Origin: an uncultured Hormoscilla sp.
GTDB taxonomy: Bacteria > Cyanobacteriota > Cyanobacteriia > Cyanobacteriales > Desertifilaceae
Assembly (NCBI GenBank): GCA_963921275.4
Contig: OZ001293.3
Span: 5,568,001-5,632,000, forward strand
Direction: 5' to 3'
Length of the DNA stretch: 64,000 nt
The notes beneath the pieces were generated by a model. It was not told the DNA's origin, did no database searches, and saw only the letters and a list, made by a program, of their open reading frames with translations. Shown piece after piece: positions 49,201 through 59,983 of this stretch. How positions within the stretch are numbered: the stretch's first letter is position 1; each line of letters opens with the position of its first letter. Position numbers and translations under genes: made by a program.

Positions 49201-52196
49201 ATGTCGGCGTCGCTAGTAGAGAAAGTCCCCACGACTGCACCCAATGGGGAGTTTTCATTGATGCTGCTGTTGCTGAGAACTATGTCAGTAGGAGAGGAAT
49301 TCTCTGCAACATCGGTGACGTTAATAGTCAAGGCCTCCGAGTAACTGGCCCCAGCAGCGTCGGTAGTCCGGACGAATATCTCGTAACTCGACTGAGTCTC
49401 AAAGTCCAAAGAACTGTTAGTTTGCAGTTCGTTTCCTACTATGGTGAAGGCGTTGCTGCCGAAGAGTAACTGGTAGGTAAAGCTATCTCCAATGTCGGCG
49501 TCGCTAGTAGAGAAAGTCCCCACGACTGCACCCAATGGGGAGTTTTCATTGATGCTGCTTTTGCTGAGAACTAGGTCGGTGGGAGTAGAGTTCCCTACAA
49601 CATTAATGCTAAAGGTATCTGTCCCTTCACCTAGATTTTCGTCTATGGCGGTTACCGTTACGGTAAAGTTGCCTGCGGTAGTAGGGATACCGCTGATAAC
49701 TCCCCGACTGTTGATGGTTAAGCCCTCTGGTAAACCGATAGCTGTGTAGTTGTTGATGTTGCCATTGATGTCGCCGAAGTTGTCGCTAATGTCTTCGTTG
49801 AAGTTATTCCCTGACAAGAGATCAAAGTCAAAGTCGGGAATCTCGGTTCTTACATAAGGGGGGTTTTCCAATAGCTTGTTAGCCCGCAAATTTAGAACCT
49901 CTTGGGGGATGGTGCCAGTTAGTCGGTTGTCGAACAGCCAGAGCTCTTCCAAATTAAAAAAATTTCCTAACTGAGGAGGGATGGAACCAGTCAGTCGGTT
50001 GTTGAACAGCCAGAGCTCTTTCAAATTGGAAAGATTCCCTAACTGAGGAGGGATGGTGCCAGTCAGGTCGTTGTTGAACAGGTAGAGATCCTCCAAATTG
50101 GAAAGATTCCCTAACTCACTCGGGATGGTGCCAGTCAGGTCGTTGTTGTCCAGGTCGAGAACGTCCAAATTGGAAAGATTCCCTAACTGAGGAGGGATGG
50201 TGCCAGTCAGGTCGTTGTTGTCCAGGTAGAGATCCTCCAAATTGGAAAGATTTCCTAACTGAGGAGGGATGGTGCCAGTCAGGTTGTTGCTGGACAGCAA
50301 GAGATCGTCCAAATTGGAAAGATTCCCTAACTCACTCGGGATGCTGCCAGTCAGGCCGTTTTCCTCCAGCTCAATTACCGTCACCCTGCCGTTCTCTACC
50401 GTCACCCCAAACCAATCGTTAAGATCATTAGGGGGAGTTGGGCTGCTGAAATTCCAGCCTTCATTGTTCTGCCAAGAATCCCCATTTGTGGCGTCGTATA
50501 GGGCCCTCAGTGCCTGATAGTCGCTAAGAAGGGGGTTAACAAGGGGGTTGTTGCCGGACAGGTCGAGCTGTTCCAAATTCAGATTATTTAACTTTTGAAA
50601 GATGCTGCTACTCACACTCAGGTTGTTGTTGGACAGGTCGAGAGCTTCCAAATTGGAAAGATCCCCTAATTCCGTCGGGATGGTGCCACTCAGTTGGTTG
50701 TTGGACAGGTCGAGAACTTCCAAATTGAAAAGATTCCCTAACTGAGAAGGGATGGTGCCAGTCAGGTCGTTCGACTGCAGGTTGAGCTCTACCAAATTGG
50801 AAAGATTCCCTAACTGAGAAGGGATGGTGCCAGTCAGGTCGTTCGACTGCAGGTTGAACTCTACCAAATTGGAAAGATTCCCTAACTGAGGAGGGATGGT
50901 GCCAGTCAGCTCGTTGTTGTCCAGGTAGAGATCTTTCAAATTGGAAAGATTCCCTAACTGAGAAGGGATGGTGCCAGTCAGTCGGTTGTTGTCCAGCCAG
51001 AGCTCTACCAAATTGGAAAGATTCCTTAACTGAGGAGGGATGGTGCCAGTCAGCTCGTTGTTGTCCAGGTAGAGCTCTACCAAATTGGAAAGATTCCCTA
51101 ACTGAGGAGGGATGGTGCCAGTCAGCTCGTTCGACTGCAGCCAGAGCTCTTGCAAATTAGAAAGATTCCCTAACTCACTCGGGATGGTGCCAGTCAGGTC
51201 GTTGTTGGACAGGTCGAGCTTTTCCAAATTAGAAAGATTCCCTAACTCAGTCGGGATGGTGCCAGTCAGGTCGTTGTTGGACAGATTGAGATCTTCTTCC
51301 AAATTGGAAAGATTCCCTAACTCACTCGGGATGGTGCCAGTCAGGTCGTTGTTGGACAGGTCGAGCTTTTCCAAATTGGAAAGATTTTCTAACTGAGGAG
51401 GGATGCTGCCAGTCAGACCGTTCTCCCCCAGATCGAGGTCCCTCAAATTGGAAAGATTCCCTAATTCATTCGGGATGCTGCCAGTCAGACCGTTCCCGTC
51501 CAGATAGAGTCCCGTCACCCTGGCGTCATCTACCGTCACCCCAGACCAATTAGCAACAACAGACTCATCGGGGAGAGTGTTACTGTTGAAATCCCAGTCT
51601 TCCCAGCCATTCGTGTCATCCCAAGATGTAGCCCCACCCGTGCCTTGATATAGACGCCTTAAGGCCTCATAATCCTGCTGATTGAGGGGGGCCAATATGC
51701 CCCCATAGGCCAGAAGAGCTTCTGCGGACAATGCTAAGGGAGTTTCCATCCCGGGAGTCCGCCACTCCAACTCCCAATTCCCGCCCCGGGCTGCTGCCCC
51801 TGTCCGGGTAGTAGAGGCGGCAATATCAGCCGCGGTCAGGGCCTGTAGCTTAGCCATCAACTCCTCTCCTGCATCTCCGGCGGCCACGTTACAGCCGTAG
51901 AGTAGGAGTTTTTTGATTTTCCACCCCCGCAGGGTAGAGGCGTAATCCCCTAGGGTATCTAAACTCAGTTGGGAGTTCCCCAGATACAGACAGCCAGGGC
52001 TGCCGTGGGAGAGTAGGTGAAGAACCTCTGTTTCCCGATGCTGTAGGAGTTGTTCGCCGATCTGTTCGATGCCATCGGACTGAGGGTCTAAGAGGAAGGG
52101 TTTGGCCCCAGGCTGGAGGCCGTCTATAAGCTGCTGGTAGTTTTCTAAGGAGGGATCCACTACTACCATGGTGTTGGCATTGGTATTATGCTTCAT
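46242..52196 (-). CDS. Large surface protein: DUF4347, plant-type LRR blocks, Ig-like domain, about ten cadherin-like repeats, RTX-like C-terminus
   Basis: HLLSHGSPG..LLYGCNVAAG; 24-aa LxxLxLxxNxLTGTIPxxLG repeats; PTDIxLS..INEN..DFETQSSY repeats; GGNGSD/GGDGND. Confidence 0.92.
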   Translation of the reverse strand: MKHNTNANTMVVVDPSLENYQQLIDGLQPGAKPFLLDPQSDGIEQIGEQLLQHRETEVLHLLSHGSPGCLYLGNSQLSLDTLGDYASTLRGWKIKKLLLYGCNVAAGDAGEELMAKLQALTAADIAASTTRTGAAARGGNWELEWRTPGMETPLALSAEALLAYGGILAPLNQQDYEALRRLYQGTGGATSWDDTNGWEDWDFNSNTLPDESVVANWSGVTVDDARVTGLYLDGNGLTGSIPNELGNLSNLRDLDLGENGLTGSIPPQLENLSNLEKLDLSNNDLTGTIPSELGNLSNLEEDLNLSNNDLTGTIPTELGNLSNLEKLDLSNNDLTGTIPSELGNLSNLQELWLQSNELTGTIPPQLGNLSNLVELYLDNNELTGTIPPQLRNLSNLVELWLDNNRLTGTIPSQLGNLSNLKDLYLDNNELTGTIPPQLGNLSNLVEFNLQSNDLTGTIPSQLGNLSNLVELNLQSNDLTGTIPSQLGNLFNLEVLDLSNNQLSGTIPTELGDLSNLEALDLSNNNLSVSSSIFQKLNNLNLEQLDLSGNNPLVNPLLSDYQALRALYDATNGDSWQNNEGWNFSSPTPPNDLNDWFGVTVENGRVTVIELEENGLTGSIPSELGNLSNLDDLLLSSNNLTGTIPPQLGNLSNLEDLYLDNNDLTGTIPPQLGNLSNLDVLDLDNNDLTGTIPSELGNLSNLEDLYLFNNDLTGTIPPQLGNLSNLKELWLFNNRLTGSIPPQLGNFFNLEELWLFDNRLTGTIPQEVLNLRANKLLENPPYVRTEIPDFDFDLLSGNNFNEDISDNFGDINGNINNYTAIGLPEGLTINSRGVISGIPTTAGNFTVTVTAIDENLGEGTDTFSINVVGNSTPTDLVLSKSSINENSPLGAVVGTFSTSDADIGDSFTYQLLFGSNAFTIVGNELQTNSSLDFETQSSYEIFVRTTDAAGASYSEALTINVTDVAENSSPTDIVLSNSSINENSPLGAVVGTFSTSDADIGDSFTYQLLSGSNAFTIVGDELRTNSSLDFETQSSYEIFVRTTDAAGASYSEVLTINVTDVAENSSPTDIVLSNSSIDENSPSDTVVGTFSTTDPDEGDTFSYQLISDVGPDDNDAFTIEGDRLRINSSPDFETQSSYSILVQTTDAAGDSFSRVLIIEVNDVAESPTDIELSSSSIDENSPLGAVVGTFSTTDPNSGDTFTYQLVSGVGDDDNAAFTIVGDQLRINSSLDFETQSSYSIRVQTTDATGASYEEVLTINVNDVAENSSPTDIVLSNSSIDENSPLGVVVGTFGTTDADIGDSFTYQLLFGSNAFTIVGDELLTNSSLDFETQSSYNIGVRTTDQTGASYEEVLTINVNDVAESPTDIELSGSINVNENSPANTVVGILSTTDPNSGDTFTYELVSGVGDDDNAAFTIVGNQLRINSSPDFETQSSYSIRVQTTDQTGASYSEALTINVTDVAENSSPTDIVLSSSIINENSPSGAVVGTFGTSDPDEGDTFTYRLVSGFGGDDNAAFTIVGDQLRINSSLDFETQSIYRILVQTTDQTGASYSEVLTINVTDVAENSPPTDITLSNNSITENAPLGSIVGTFSTTDPDEGDSFTYQLLGVDNTFTIVGNQLLTNSSLDFETRSSYSIGVRTTDETGAGYSEVLTINVTDVVENSPPTDITLSNSSITENAPLDSIVGTLSTIDPDISDTFTYRLVPGVGDFDNAAFTIVGNQLRVNSFLGIETQPSYSIRVQTTDATGASYEEVFTIDIAENSPPTNIVLSGNSIDENPDPVNSVVGTLFTIDPDISDTFTYRLVPGVGDFDNGAFMIVSNLLIKSSPDVETRSSYNIRVQTTDGAGASYSEVFTINVNDVLEVASLIVGQDDRLQEDDPLTGGNGSDRVYGNDGLIGGDGNDSLYGRSQQADLFVLESGGMGYTIIDFEDGTDSIGLTEGLSFNDLAIVRMGLDTRINFEGKTLATLQGIDSTLINVDDFTVVN

Positions 52197-52510
52197 TTTA
52201 AGGTTGCTGAATTTTGAATGGCTTAGGAACGAGTCGCTCCCTTATATATGTATACTTCAGATGGGGTTCGGGATATTTCGGATAATTTCAAAAATTATTT
52301 GCTGTGTTATCGGTTAGAGAAAAAATAGATGAACCGAGGAGAGGGAAACGATGCCTACCGTTCCGGAAAAATCGGGAGTATGGCCAAAACCTTGTCGCAG
52401 AGAGAAAATGCGCATTTTTTCGATGACCGGTGGTAAAAAATCAATGATTTACTACCGGTGATAGACGGCCATGTAGGAGGAACGGCCAAAAATAAATTGA
52501 CTCTTCGGCG

Positions 52511-52790
52511 TTGGGTAGTGAAGGGTCGGGGTTGGGTAGTGAAGGGTCGGGGTTGGGTAGTGAAGGGTCGGGGTTGGGTAGTGAAGGGTCGGGGTTGGGT
52601 AGTGAAGGGTCGGGGTTGGGTAGTGAAGGGTCGGGGTTGGGTAGTGAAGGGTCGGGGTTGGGTAGTCTAGGGTCGGCGTTAGATCTCCACCCCTGCGCGT
52701 TGAGTGGCGACCCGTGCCCGTTGTCGCTCCACCTGGGTTGGGTTAAGCTTGCACTCCTGCGCGTTAAGCTTGCACCTAGGCGCGTTGTAT
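52511..52790 (+). repeat. 21-bp G-rich tandem array (7 perfect units followed by ~6 degenerate units)
   Basis: TTGGGTAGTGAAGGGTCGGGG from 52511 to 52657; the period continues at 52658, 52679, 52700, 52721, 52743, 52764. Confidence 0.95.
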
Positions 52791-52866
52791 CGTAATCCCC
52801 TAGGGTATCTAAACTCAGTTGGGAGTTTCCCAGATACAGACAGCCAGGGCTGCGGTGGGAGAGTAG
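52791..52866 (-). repeat. 76-bp duplicate of part of the DUF4347 coding sequence
   Basis: Matches 51941-52016 with 2 mismatches, same orientation. Confidence 0.92.
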
Positions 52867-53005
52867 AGAGAAAATAATCGACTTGCGGTGAGCGAAGTCG
52901 AACCGCTGTTTGTTGAAGCTTTTTCTGTTAAAAGAACTCTTAGGCCCATTAAAGGATTCGGTCTTTTAGGGGACCGGTTGAAGAGAACACGCAATCATAA
53001 GGATC

Positions 53006-56000
53006 ATGTTTACTCAAGTCAAGTCCCGCATTCGTCACGTCGCCCCCGATCGCCTCGGGGAGCGCAAGTTGGTTAAGGTGGTATATGTGGTGCTAGAGTC
53101 CCAGTACCAAAGTGCTCTGTCGGCAGCAGTTAACGACCTTAACGAGTATAACCCCAATCTGGCGGTGAATCTGAGCGGTTATCTGATCGAGGAACTCCGC
53201 GACCCGGAAAATTACGCAGCTTTTCAAGCAGATGTCGCGAATGCCAATATATTCATTGCTTCCCTGATTTTCATCGAAGATTTAGCTCAAAAGGTGGTGG
53301 CGGCGGTAGAACCCCATCGGGATAACCTGGATGTGGCGATCGTCTTCCCCTCTATGCCGGAGGTGATGCGCCTGAATAAAATGGGCAGTTTCTCCATGGA
53401 AAACCTGGGGCAAAGTAAAGGTGCGATCGCCCAGTTCATGCGCAAGCAGAAGGAAAAGTCGGGTTCGTCGTTCCAGGACTCGATGCTGAAGGTGGTGCAA
53501 ACCCTACCGAAAATCCTCAAGTACATGCCTATGGACAGGGCCCAGGATGCCCGCAACTTCATGCTTTCCTTCCAATACTGGTTGGGGGGTTCGGCGGAGA
53601 ACCTGGAAAACTTCCTGCTGATGCTGGCGAATAACTACGTTCTCAAAGAACAACAGCAGTTGACCTTCGCCCCGCCAGTGGTCTATCCGGATATGGGAGT
53701 TTGGCATCCCCTGGCCCCCCAGATGTTTGAGGATGTGAAGGACTATCTCACTTGGCACGGCAACCGGGATGATATCTCCGATTTTTCCGGAACAGTGGAT
53801 CTGAAAGACCCTCTGGCCCCCTGCGTGGGTTTGGTACTGCAACGGACTCACTTGGTCACGGGGGATGATGCCCATTATGTGGCTATGGTACAGGAATTGG
53901 AAGCCATGGGAGCCCGGGTAATTCCGGTATTTGCCGGGGGTTTGGATTTTTCTAAGCCCGTGAATGCCTATTTCTGGGATAAGTTGGGTAAGAGTGCAGT
54001 CCCCTTGGTGGATGCGGTGGTCTCTCTGACTGGGTTCGCTTTGGTGGGAGGCCCGGCCCGACAAGACCATCCCAAGGCCATCGAGTCTCTCAAGCGCCTG
54101 AACCGCCCTTACATGGTCGCTTTGCCCCTGGTGTTCCAAACTACGGAAGAATGGGAAGATAGCGATTTGGGACTGCATCCCATTCAAGTGGCCCTGCAAA
54201 TTGCTATTCCCGAACTGGATGGGGCGATCGAACCGATTATCATGTCGGGACGGGATAGCTATACTGGGAAGGCGATCGCCCTTCAGGACCGGATCGAAGC
54301 AGTGGCGAAAAGGGCGGTGAAGTGGGCGACCCTGCGCCGGAAACCGAAGTTAGAGAAACGCATTGCCATCACGGTGTTCAGCTTCCCGCCGGATAAGGGG
54401 AACGTGGGCACTGCTGCGTACCTGGACGTATTTGGCAGCATCTATGAAGCGATGAAGGCACTCCAGGGTAATGGTTACGATATCCCAGAATTGCCGGAGT
54501 CCCCTGAGGCCCTGATGCAGGAAGTCATTCACGACGCCCAGGCCCAGTATGCGACTCCAGAACTGAATATTGCTTACCGGATGTCGGTGGAAGAGTACGA
54601 GAAACTGACGCCCTACTCGGAACGGTTGCAGGAAAACTGGGGTCCGCCTCCGGGACATCTGAACAGCGATGGCCAGAACTTGCTGATCTACGGCAAGCAT
54701 TTCGGCAATGTGTTTATTGGCGTCCAACCGACTTTTGGTTATGAAGGGGACCCGATGCGTTTGCTGTTCTCCCGTTCTGCCAGTCCCCATCACGGGTTTG
54801 CTGCTTATTACAGCTATTTGGAATATCTCTGGCAAGCGGATGCGGTCTTGCATTTCGGCACTCACGGTTCTCTGGAGTTCATGCCCGGCAAGCAGATGGG
54901 CATGTCGGGGGATTGTTACCCGGATAATCTGATTGGTAGCATTCCCAATCTCTATTACTATGCGGCTAATAATCCTTCTGAGGCAACTATTGCCAAGCGC
55001 CGCAGTTATGCCGAAACCATTTCCTATTTAACCCCCCCGGCGGAAAATGCGGGGTTGTACAAGGGGTTGCAGGAATTGTCGGAGTTGATCGGATCCTATC
55101 AAACTCTCAAGGATACTGGACGGGCGCAGCCCCTCGTCAATACGATAATGGATAAATGTAGGTTGGTGAATCTGGAGAATGATATCGCTTTGCCCTCAAA
55201 GGATGCCAAGGACATGAGTCCCGAAGAACGGGATACCTTGGTGGGTAAGGTCTATGGCAAGTTGATGGAGATTGAGTCCCGTCTGTTACCTTGCGGGTTG
55301 CACGTGATTGGCAAACCCCCGACTGCCCAAGAGGCGATCGCGACCTTGGTGAACATTGCTAGTTTAGACCGAGAGGAAGAAGGAATCAAGAGTTTGCCTC
55401 GGATTATTGCGGAGTCGATCGGGCGGGACCTGGATGAAATCTATCAAAACAATGACAAGGGCATTTTAGAGGATGTGGAGTTGCTGCAAAACATTACGGA
55501 AGCAACTCGCGCCGCTGTGGCGGCCTTGGTGAAGGAACGGACGGACGCGGAGAGACGGATCTCGAAGGTTTCCCAACTCAACTTCTTGAATATGGGCAAG
55601 AAGACTCCCTGGATCGCAGCATTAAATGATGCAGGTTACTCTAAGGTTGACCCCGAACCAATCAAACCTCTGTTTAACTATCTGGAATTCTGCCTGCAAC
55701 AGGTTTGTGCCGATTTAGAACTGGGGTCTTTGTTGCGGGCCTTGGAAGGGGAATATATCTTGCCCGGTCCCGGGGGCGACCCCATTCGCAACCCGGATGT
55801 TTTGCCTACGGGTAAGAATATCCACGCCCTGGACCCCCAATCTATCCCCACTTTAGCAGCAGTTAAGTCCGCTAAGATTGTGGTCGATCGCCTGTTAGGG
55901 CGGCAGCGGCAGGATGGCGGGGCCTATCCAGAGACGATCGCGGTAGTCTTGTGGGGGACGGACAACATCAAGACCTACGGAGAGTCCCTCGCCCAAGTGA

Positions 56001-57019
56001 TGTGGATGGTAGGGGTGAAACCGGTACCGGATGCTTTAGGGCGGGTGAACAAACTGGAACTGATCCCCTTAGAAGAGTTAGGGCGTCCGCGCATTGATGT
56101 AGTGATCAACTGTTCTGGGGTCTTCCGGGACCTATTCATCAATCAGATGAACCTGCTAGACAAAGCAGTGAAGATGGCAGCGGAGGCGGATGAACCCATA
56201 GAGATGAATTTTGTCCGCAAACATGCCTTGCAGCAAGCAGAAGAAATGGGCATTCACCTGCGCCAGGCCGCGACGCGAGTGTTCTCCAATGCATCGGGTT
56301 CCTATGCGGCGAACGTGAACTTAGCGGTAGAGAACAGTACCTGGGAAGAGGAGTCGGAGTTGCAGGAAATGTATCTGAAACGCAAATCCTTTGCCTTCGA
56401 CTCGGATAATCCCGGTATGATAGCAGAAGATCGGCCCGAAGACGGTCCGAAAAATCGGCGGATCTTCGAGTCAGCGCTGAAGACAGCGGATGTTACCTTC
56501 CAAAATTTGGATTCTTCGGAGATCTCCCTGACGGATGTATCCCATTACTTCGATAGCGACCCGACAAAGACGATCGCGAGTTTGCGGGGGGATGGCAAGC
56601 AACCGGCATCATACATAGCGGATACTACCACAGCGAACGCGCAAGTGCGGACATTATCAGAAACGGTGCGTTTAGATGCGCGGACGAAGTTGTTAAATCC
56701 GAAATGGTACGAAGGGATGATGTCACACGGATATGAAGGAGTGCGGGAACTGTCGAAGCGTTTGGTGAATACAATGGGATGGAGTGCGACAGCAGGTGCA
56801 GTAGATAACTGGGTGTACGAGGACGTGAATAGTACCTTCATTGAAGATGAAGGGATGCGTCAGCGTTTGATGAATATGAATCCCCATTCCTTCCGCAAGA
56901 TGGTCACGACCTTGTTGGAGGTGAACGGACGGGGTTATTGGGAGACATCGGAGAGTAATTTGGACCGGTTGCGGGAGTTGTATCAGGAGGTGGAAGATCG
57001 GATTGAAGGTGTAGAGTAG
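53006..57019 (+). CDS. chlH: Magnesium chelatase subunit H
   Basis: [48 protein letters not shown]; 15-bp insert at 53782-53796. Confidence 0.98.
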   Translation: MFTQVKSRIRHVAPDRLGERKLVKVVYVVLESQYQSALSAAVNDLNEYNPNLAVNLSGYLIEELRDPENYAAFQADVANANIFIASLIFIEDLAQKVVAAVEPHRDNLDVAIVFPSMPEVMRLNKMGSFSMENLGQSKGAIAQFMRKQKEKSGSSFQDSMLKVVQTLPKILKYMPMDRAQDARNFMLSFQYWLGGSAENLENFLLMLANNYVLKEQQQLTFAPPVVYPDMGVWHPLAPQMFEDVKDYLTWHGNRDDISDFSGTVDLKDPLAPCVGLVLQRTHLVTGDDAHYVAMVQELEAMGARVIPVFAGGLDFSKPVNAYFWDKLGKSAVPLVDAVVSLTGFALVGGPARQDHPKAIESLKRLNRPYMVALPLVFQTTEEWEDSDLGLHPIQVALQIAIPELDGAIEPIIMSGRDSYTGKAIALQDRIEAVAKRAVKWATLRRKPKLEKRIAITVFSFPPDKGNVGTAAYLDVFGSIYEAMKALQGNGYDIPELPESPEALMQEVIHDAQAQYATPELNIAYRMSVEEYEKLTPYSERLQENWGPPPGHLNSDGQNLLIYGKHFGNVFIGVQPTFGYEGDPMRLLFSRSASPHHGFAAYYSYLEYLWQADAVLHFGTHGSLEFMPGKQMGMSGDCYPDNLIGSIPNLYYYAANNPSEATIAKRRSYAETISYLTPPAENAGLYKGLQELSELIGSYQTLKDTGRAQPLVNTIMDKCRLVNLENDIALPSKDAKDMSPEERDTLVGKVYGKLMEIESRLLPCGLHVIGKPPTAQEAIATLVNIASLDREEEGIKSLPRIIAESIGRDLDEIYQNNDKGILEDVELLQNITEATRAAVAALVKERTDAERRISKVSQLNFLNMGKKTPWIAALNDAGYSKVDPEPIKPLFNYLEFCLQQVCADLELGSLLRALEGEYILPGPGGDPIRNPDVLPTGKNIHALDPQSIPTLAAVKSAKIVVDRLLGRQRQDGGAYPETIAVVLWGTDNIKTYGESLAQVMWMVGVKPVPDALGRVNKLELIPLEELGRPRIDVVINCSGVFRDLFINQMNLLDKAVKMAAEADEPIEMNFVRKHALQQAEEMGIHLRQAATRVFSNASGSYAANVNLAVENSTWEEESELQEMYLKRKSFAFDSDNPGMIAEDRPEDGPKNRRIFESALKTADVTFQNLDSSEISLTDVSHYFDSDPTKTIASLRGDGKQPASYIADTTTANAQVRTLSETVRLDARTKLLNPKWYEGMMSHGYEGVRELSKRLVNTMGWSATAGAVDNWVYEDVNSTFIEDEGMRQRLMNMNPHSFRKMVTTLLEVNGRGYWETSESNLDRLRELYQEVEDRIEGVE

Positions 57020-57196
57020 TATACCGTATGGCAGGCATCTTGCCTGCTAGTTTCTTGTCCTAACTATAATATACAATATCAAGGCGATCGCCTGGCATCT
57101 GAATGCAAGAATCAAGAAACCAGATTTTTACAGAAAACCTGGTTTCTTGATCCTAATTGCTAGTGCAGCGCGACGGAAATATGCCAACAGTTACCC

Positions 57197-57577
57197 CTAT
57201 GGCGCTTCATCTAGGGATGCTGGGCGATCTTGGTTGAGTTGGTCGAGCAGGTGCAGGATGCGATCGCCCCGTTCCAGGGAGCGGTCTTCCAGGAAAACCA
57301 CTTCTGGGGTACGACGCAGACGAATGCGATCGCCCAGTTGAGAGCGAACAAAGGGGGTAGCGGACTGCAAACCTGCCATCGTTTCCTTTTTAGCCTCCTC
57401 CGTCCCGTAGATACTGACAAATATTTTGGCATGTTGGAGGTCGCCAGAGACATCCACATCTGTGATACTAACCATCCCGGCGCCCACACGATCGTCTTTG
57501 ATACCGTGGAGCAACATCTGGCTGACTTCGCACTTGATCAGGGAGGACACGCGAGCCATACGACGACTTGTAGCCAT
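57197..57577 (-). CDS. rbfA: Ribosome-binding factor A
   Basis: [43 protein letters not shown]. Confidence 0.97.
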   Translation of the reverse strand: MATSRRMARVSSLIKCEVSQMLLHGIKDDRVGAGMVSITDVDVSGDLQHAKIFVSIYGTEEAKKETMAGLQSATPFVRSQLGDRIRLRRTPEVVFLEDRSLERGDRILHLLDQLNQDRPASLDEAP

Positions 57578-57628
57578 AGGACTTCTCTACCATGCTAAGG
57601 TAGGGGCTAATCTTGTACGATTCTCAGT

Positions 57629-57832
57629 TTACACTGGGGTTAGCCCCAGCATGGCACGGAGGGTTAAAATCACAAAGATCAAGCTACTCACCACCAGACC
57701 GATCAGGGCGATCGCCGTTACTGGCCTCTTCAGCAGGGGTTTGAGCTGCTGAAACAAGAAAAAGAATATCCCCAGAGTAAAGGTGATAAAGTAGCGGAAG
57801 TAGCTAGATACCTTATTCAAGAAGTCTTCCAT
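57629..57832 (-). CDS. ycf33: DUF751 family protein Ycf33
   Basis: MEDF..VS.Y.RYFIT..LG..PLLKRPVTA..TLRAMLG, directly upstream of rbfA. Confidence 0.82.
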   Translation of the reverse strand: MEDFLNKVSSYFRYFITFTLGIFFFLFQQLKPLLKRPVTAIALIGLVVSSLIFVILTLRAMLGLTPV

Positions 57833-57939
57833 TGTCAGTCCCCAGTCAATTCAACTGTATCGCTTGTTTAGTTTAATCATAAACCACCATCCAGTATAGT
57901 CCAATTCCGAGTCGTAGTACATATTCCATGTCGAGGTAA

Positions 57940-58773
57940 ATGTCAAGTCCAGATTTAGAAAAAGTCCCACCCCGTCCATTCCTGAAATGGGCCGGTGGCA
58001 AAAGTAGGCTGATTCGGCAATATGAAGATTATTTCCCCGAATTCAAAAATTATTACGAGCCATTTTTAGGTGGAGGTGCAGTGTTTTTTTATCTCCAACC
58101 CCAGTCTGCTGTTTTGACAGATATAAATCCGGAGTTGATTAATGCCTATTGCTGTGTTAGGGATCGAGTAGAGGAATTGATTTCACGACTGCAAGAACAT
58201 CAGACTAACCATAGTAATGATTACTATTATGAAATGCGATCGCTAACCCCCAAGACAGAACTTGAAAGGGCTGCACGTTTTATTTATCTGAATAGAACCT
58301 GTTTTAATGGTCTTTACCGAGAAAACTCTCAAGGGAAATTTAATGTCCCGATCGGCAGATACAAAAATCCGCAAATCTGTAATCCGGAATTACTCCGTTC
58401 CGCATCAGCTACCCTGGAAAATGTTAAGATTTCGGAAAAATCCTTTGAACATGTCTTAGAATCTGCTAATAGCAGCGAGGATTTCGTCTATTTTGACCCG
58501 CCATATTATCCAGTTAGTTCTACCAGTAATTTCACAGCCTACAGTCGCGATTTCTTTAGTAAGAATGACCAAACTGAACTCAGAGAAATTTTTGTAGAAC
58601 TAGCTGGACGCGGTGTAAAAGTGATGCTGTCTAATTCTGATTGTGATTTTATTCGAGACTTATACAGTCAGTTCAAAATTCACAAAATATCAGCAGCACG
58701 CTTTATTAACTCTAATGGTAAAAAGCGGGGAAATGTTTCAGAGATATTAGTCGCCTCTAGAGATTGTTGTTAG
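57940..58773 (+). CDS. Dam-like DNA adenine methyltransferase (D12 class)
   Basis: FLKWAGGK, EPFLGGG, FNGLYREN..GKFNVP, VYFDPPY, VMLSNS. Confidence 0.93.
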   Translation: MSSPDLEKVPPRPFLKWAGGKSRLIRQYEDYFPEFKNYYEPFLGGGAVFFYLQPQSAVLTDINPELINAYCCVRDRVEELISRLQEHQTNHSNDYYYEMRSLTPKTELERAARFIYLNRTCFNGLYRENSQGKFNVPIGRYKNPQICNPELLRSASATLENVKISEKSFEHVLESANSSEDFVYFDPPYYPVSSTSNFTAYSRDFFSKNDQTELREIFVELAGRGVKVMLSNSDCDFIRDLYSQFKIHKISAARFINSNGKKRGNVSEILVASRDCC

Positions 58774-59278
58774 CCAAGGCAACAAAATCTATTAAATTGT
58801 GTACTGCCTTGAGCTTTTGATTAACGCCTACTTATGCTTTTAACCAATCAATAGCTCCTGCTTTCATACCCTCACCATCAAGCAACACAACTGTTGGTGC
58901 CGGATAGCGATTCTGGATATTCAAGTTGAGGTAGGGCAATTTTTCATCAACTGAACCACTGGTTTGCTGCGACTGACATTGAATTATTAGACCACGATGA
59001 AATAAGGGAGAACCAATAACGTAAAAGTCTACATAGATATCAGTCCCGTAAATTACATCTCCAACGTGAACCTTTGTTGCATAGCGCTTTGGCAAGTTAG
59101 TGGAACTGAGAAGGGATTCTAATTTCTGCTTTCTTGGCAAATCATGTCCGACTTGAACATAACCATGTCCTTGTAATATTTTTTCTACAGTCTCCTCGAA
59201 CCTCTTGCCAGAAGTAACTGCTTTACCGCCCTGAGTCATTTTTTCCTCAAATTTAATAAAAACTACGTCACTGCTCAT
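58757..59278 (-). pseudogene. PD-(D/E)XK nuclease, probably truncated by a nonsense codon
   Basis: VDFYV..QQTSGSVDEKLPY; TAA at 58832-58834 followed by 24 open codons (VGVNQKL..ANNNL) to 58757. Confidence 0.6.
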
Positions 59279-59983
59279 TCTATCATACTTTAGTGAAATA
59301 CGCGGTTATCGGTGCCGAGGCCCGGTAATCCGAGGCCATCGCTACAAAAGAGACCTCCGGTGCAGTCCCCAAACCAGAGAACTGGCACGGGAGCATCTCA
59401 AGAATGTCATCAAGCCCGCGCAGGCGGGATTTGTTGGGTCTCCTCTACTTATAGTGATAAGTCAAACGTATATGTACGCATAATCAAGGGTTTCAGCCTT
59501 TTTTATCCGCCCAATTTGTATCCGGCGATACATTTACCACCATAAACGCAGGAGAGCCGGTTTGTTTGTCTAGCCCCATTCTTTAGGGTTCCGGTGTGGT
59601 AGCTAAGCAAAAGTGATATGCACCCACTGGCACCGGTGGAGTGGTGAAAGAAAAGTCAGAGGACAGCAGCAGCAAAAATGTTGTCTAATTAAGAAACCAG
59701 GTTTCTGGGTTCGGAATGAATAGAGTTGGCGGCAAAATTGAGATGCACTCAGCAACTTTCCACCTACAGCTCAATAGTTTACTGTTATCGCTTGTAAATT
59801 GTACCTGATGTCCAGTCTTTTTTTATTCCCTTGGCTTTAAATACCACGTCTACTCTAAATAAATTTGTATTACTTGTAGCTAAAATTGGATTACTTAAAA
59901 CAAGGGCAATTTATTCACTGGTCTCTTCATTTGGTTCAATTCGTTTTCGCTCATTGAATATTAGTTGACTGAAGGCTCTGTTT

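Noticed and set aside
51941..52866. Diversity-generating retroelement TR/VR pair
   Set aside because: Only 2 mismatches, not adenine-specific in a consistent way; no RT or accessory gene nearby; the repeat is in an N-terminal domain.
59312..59600. Possible IS200/IS605 or omega-RNA remnant
   Set aside because: Only generic short palindromes; no tnpA/tnpB/iscB coding trace recognised.
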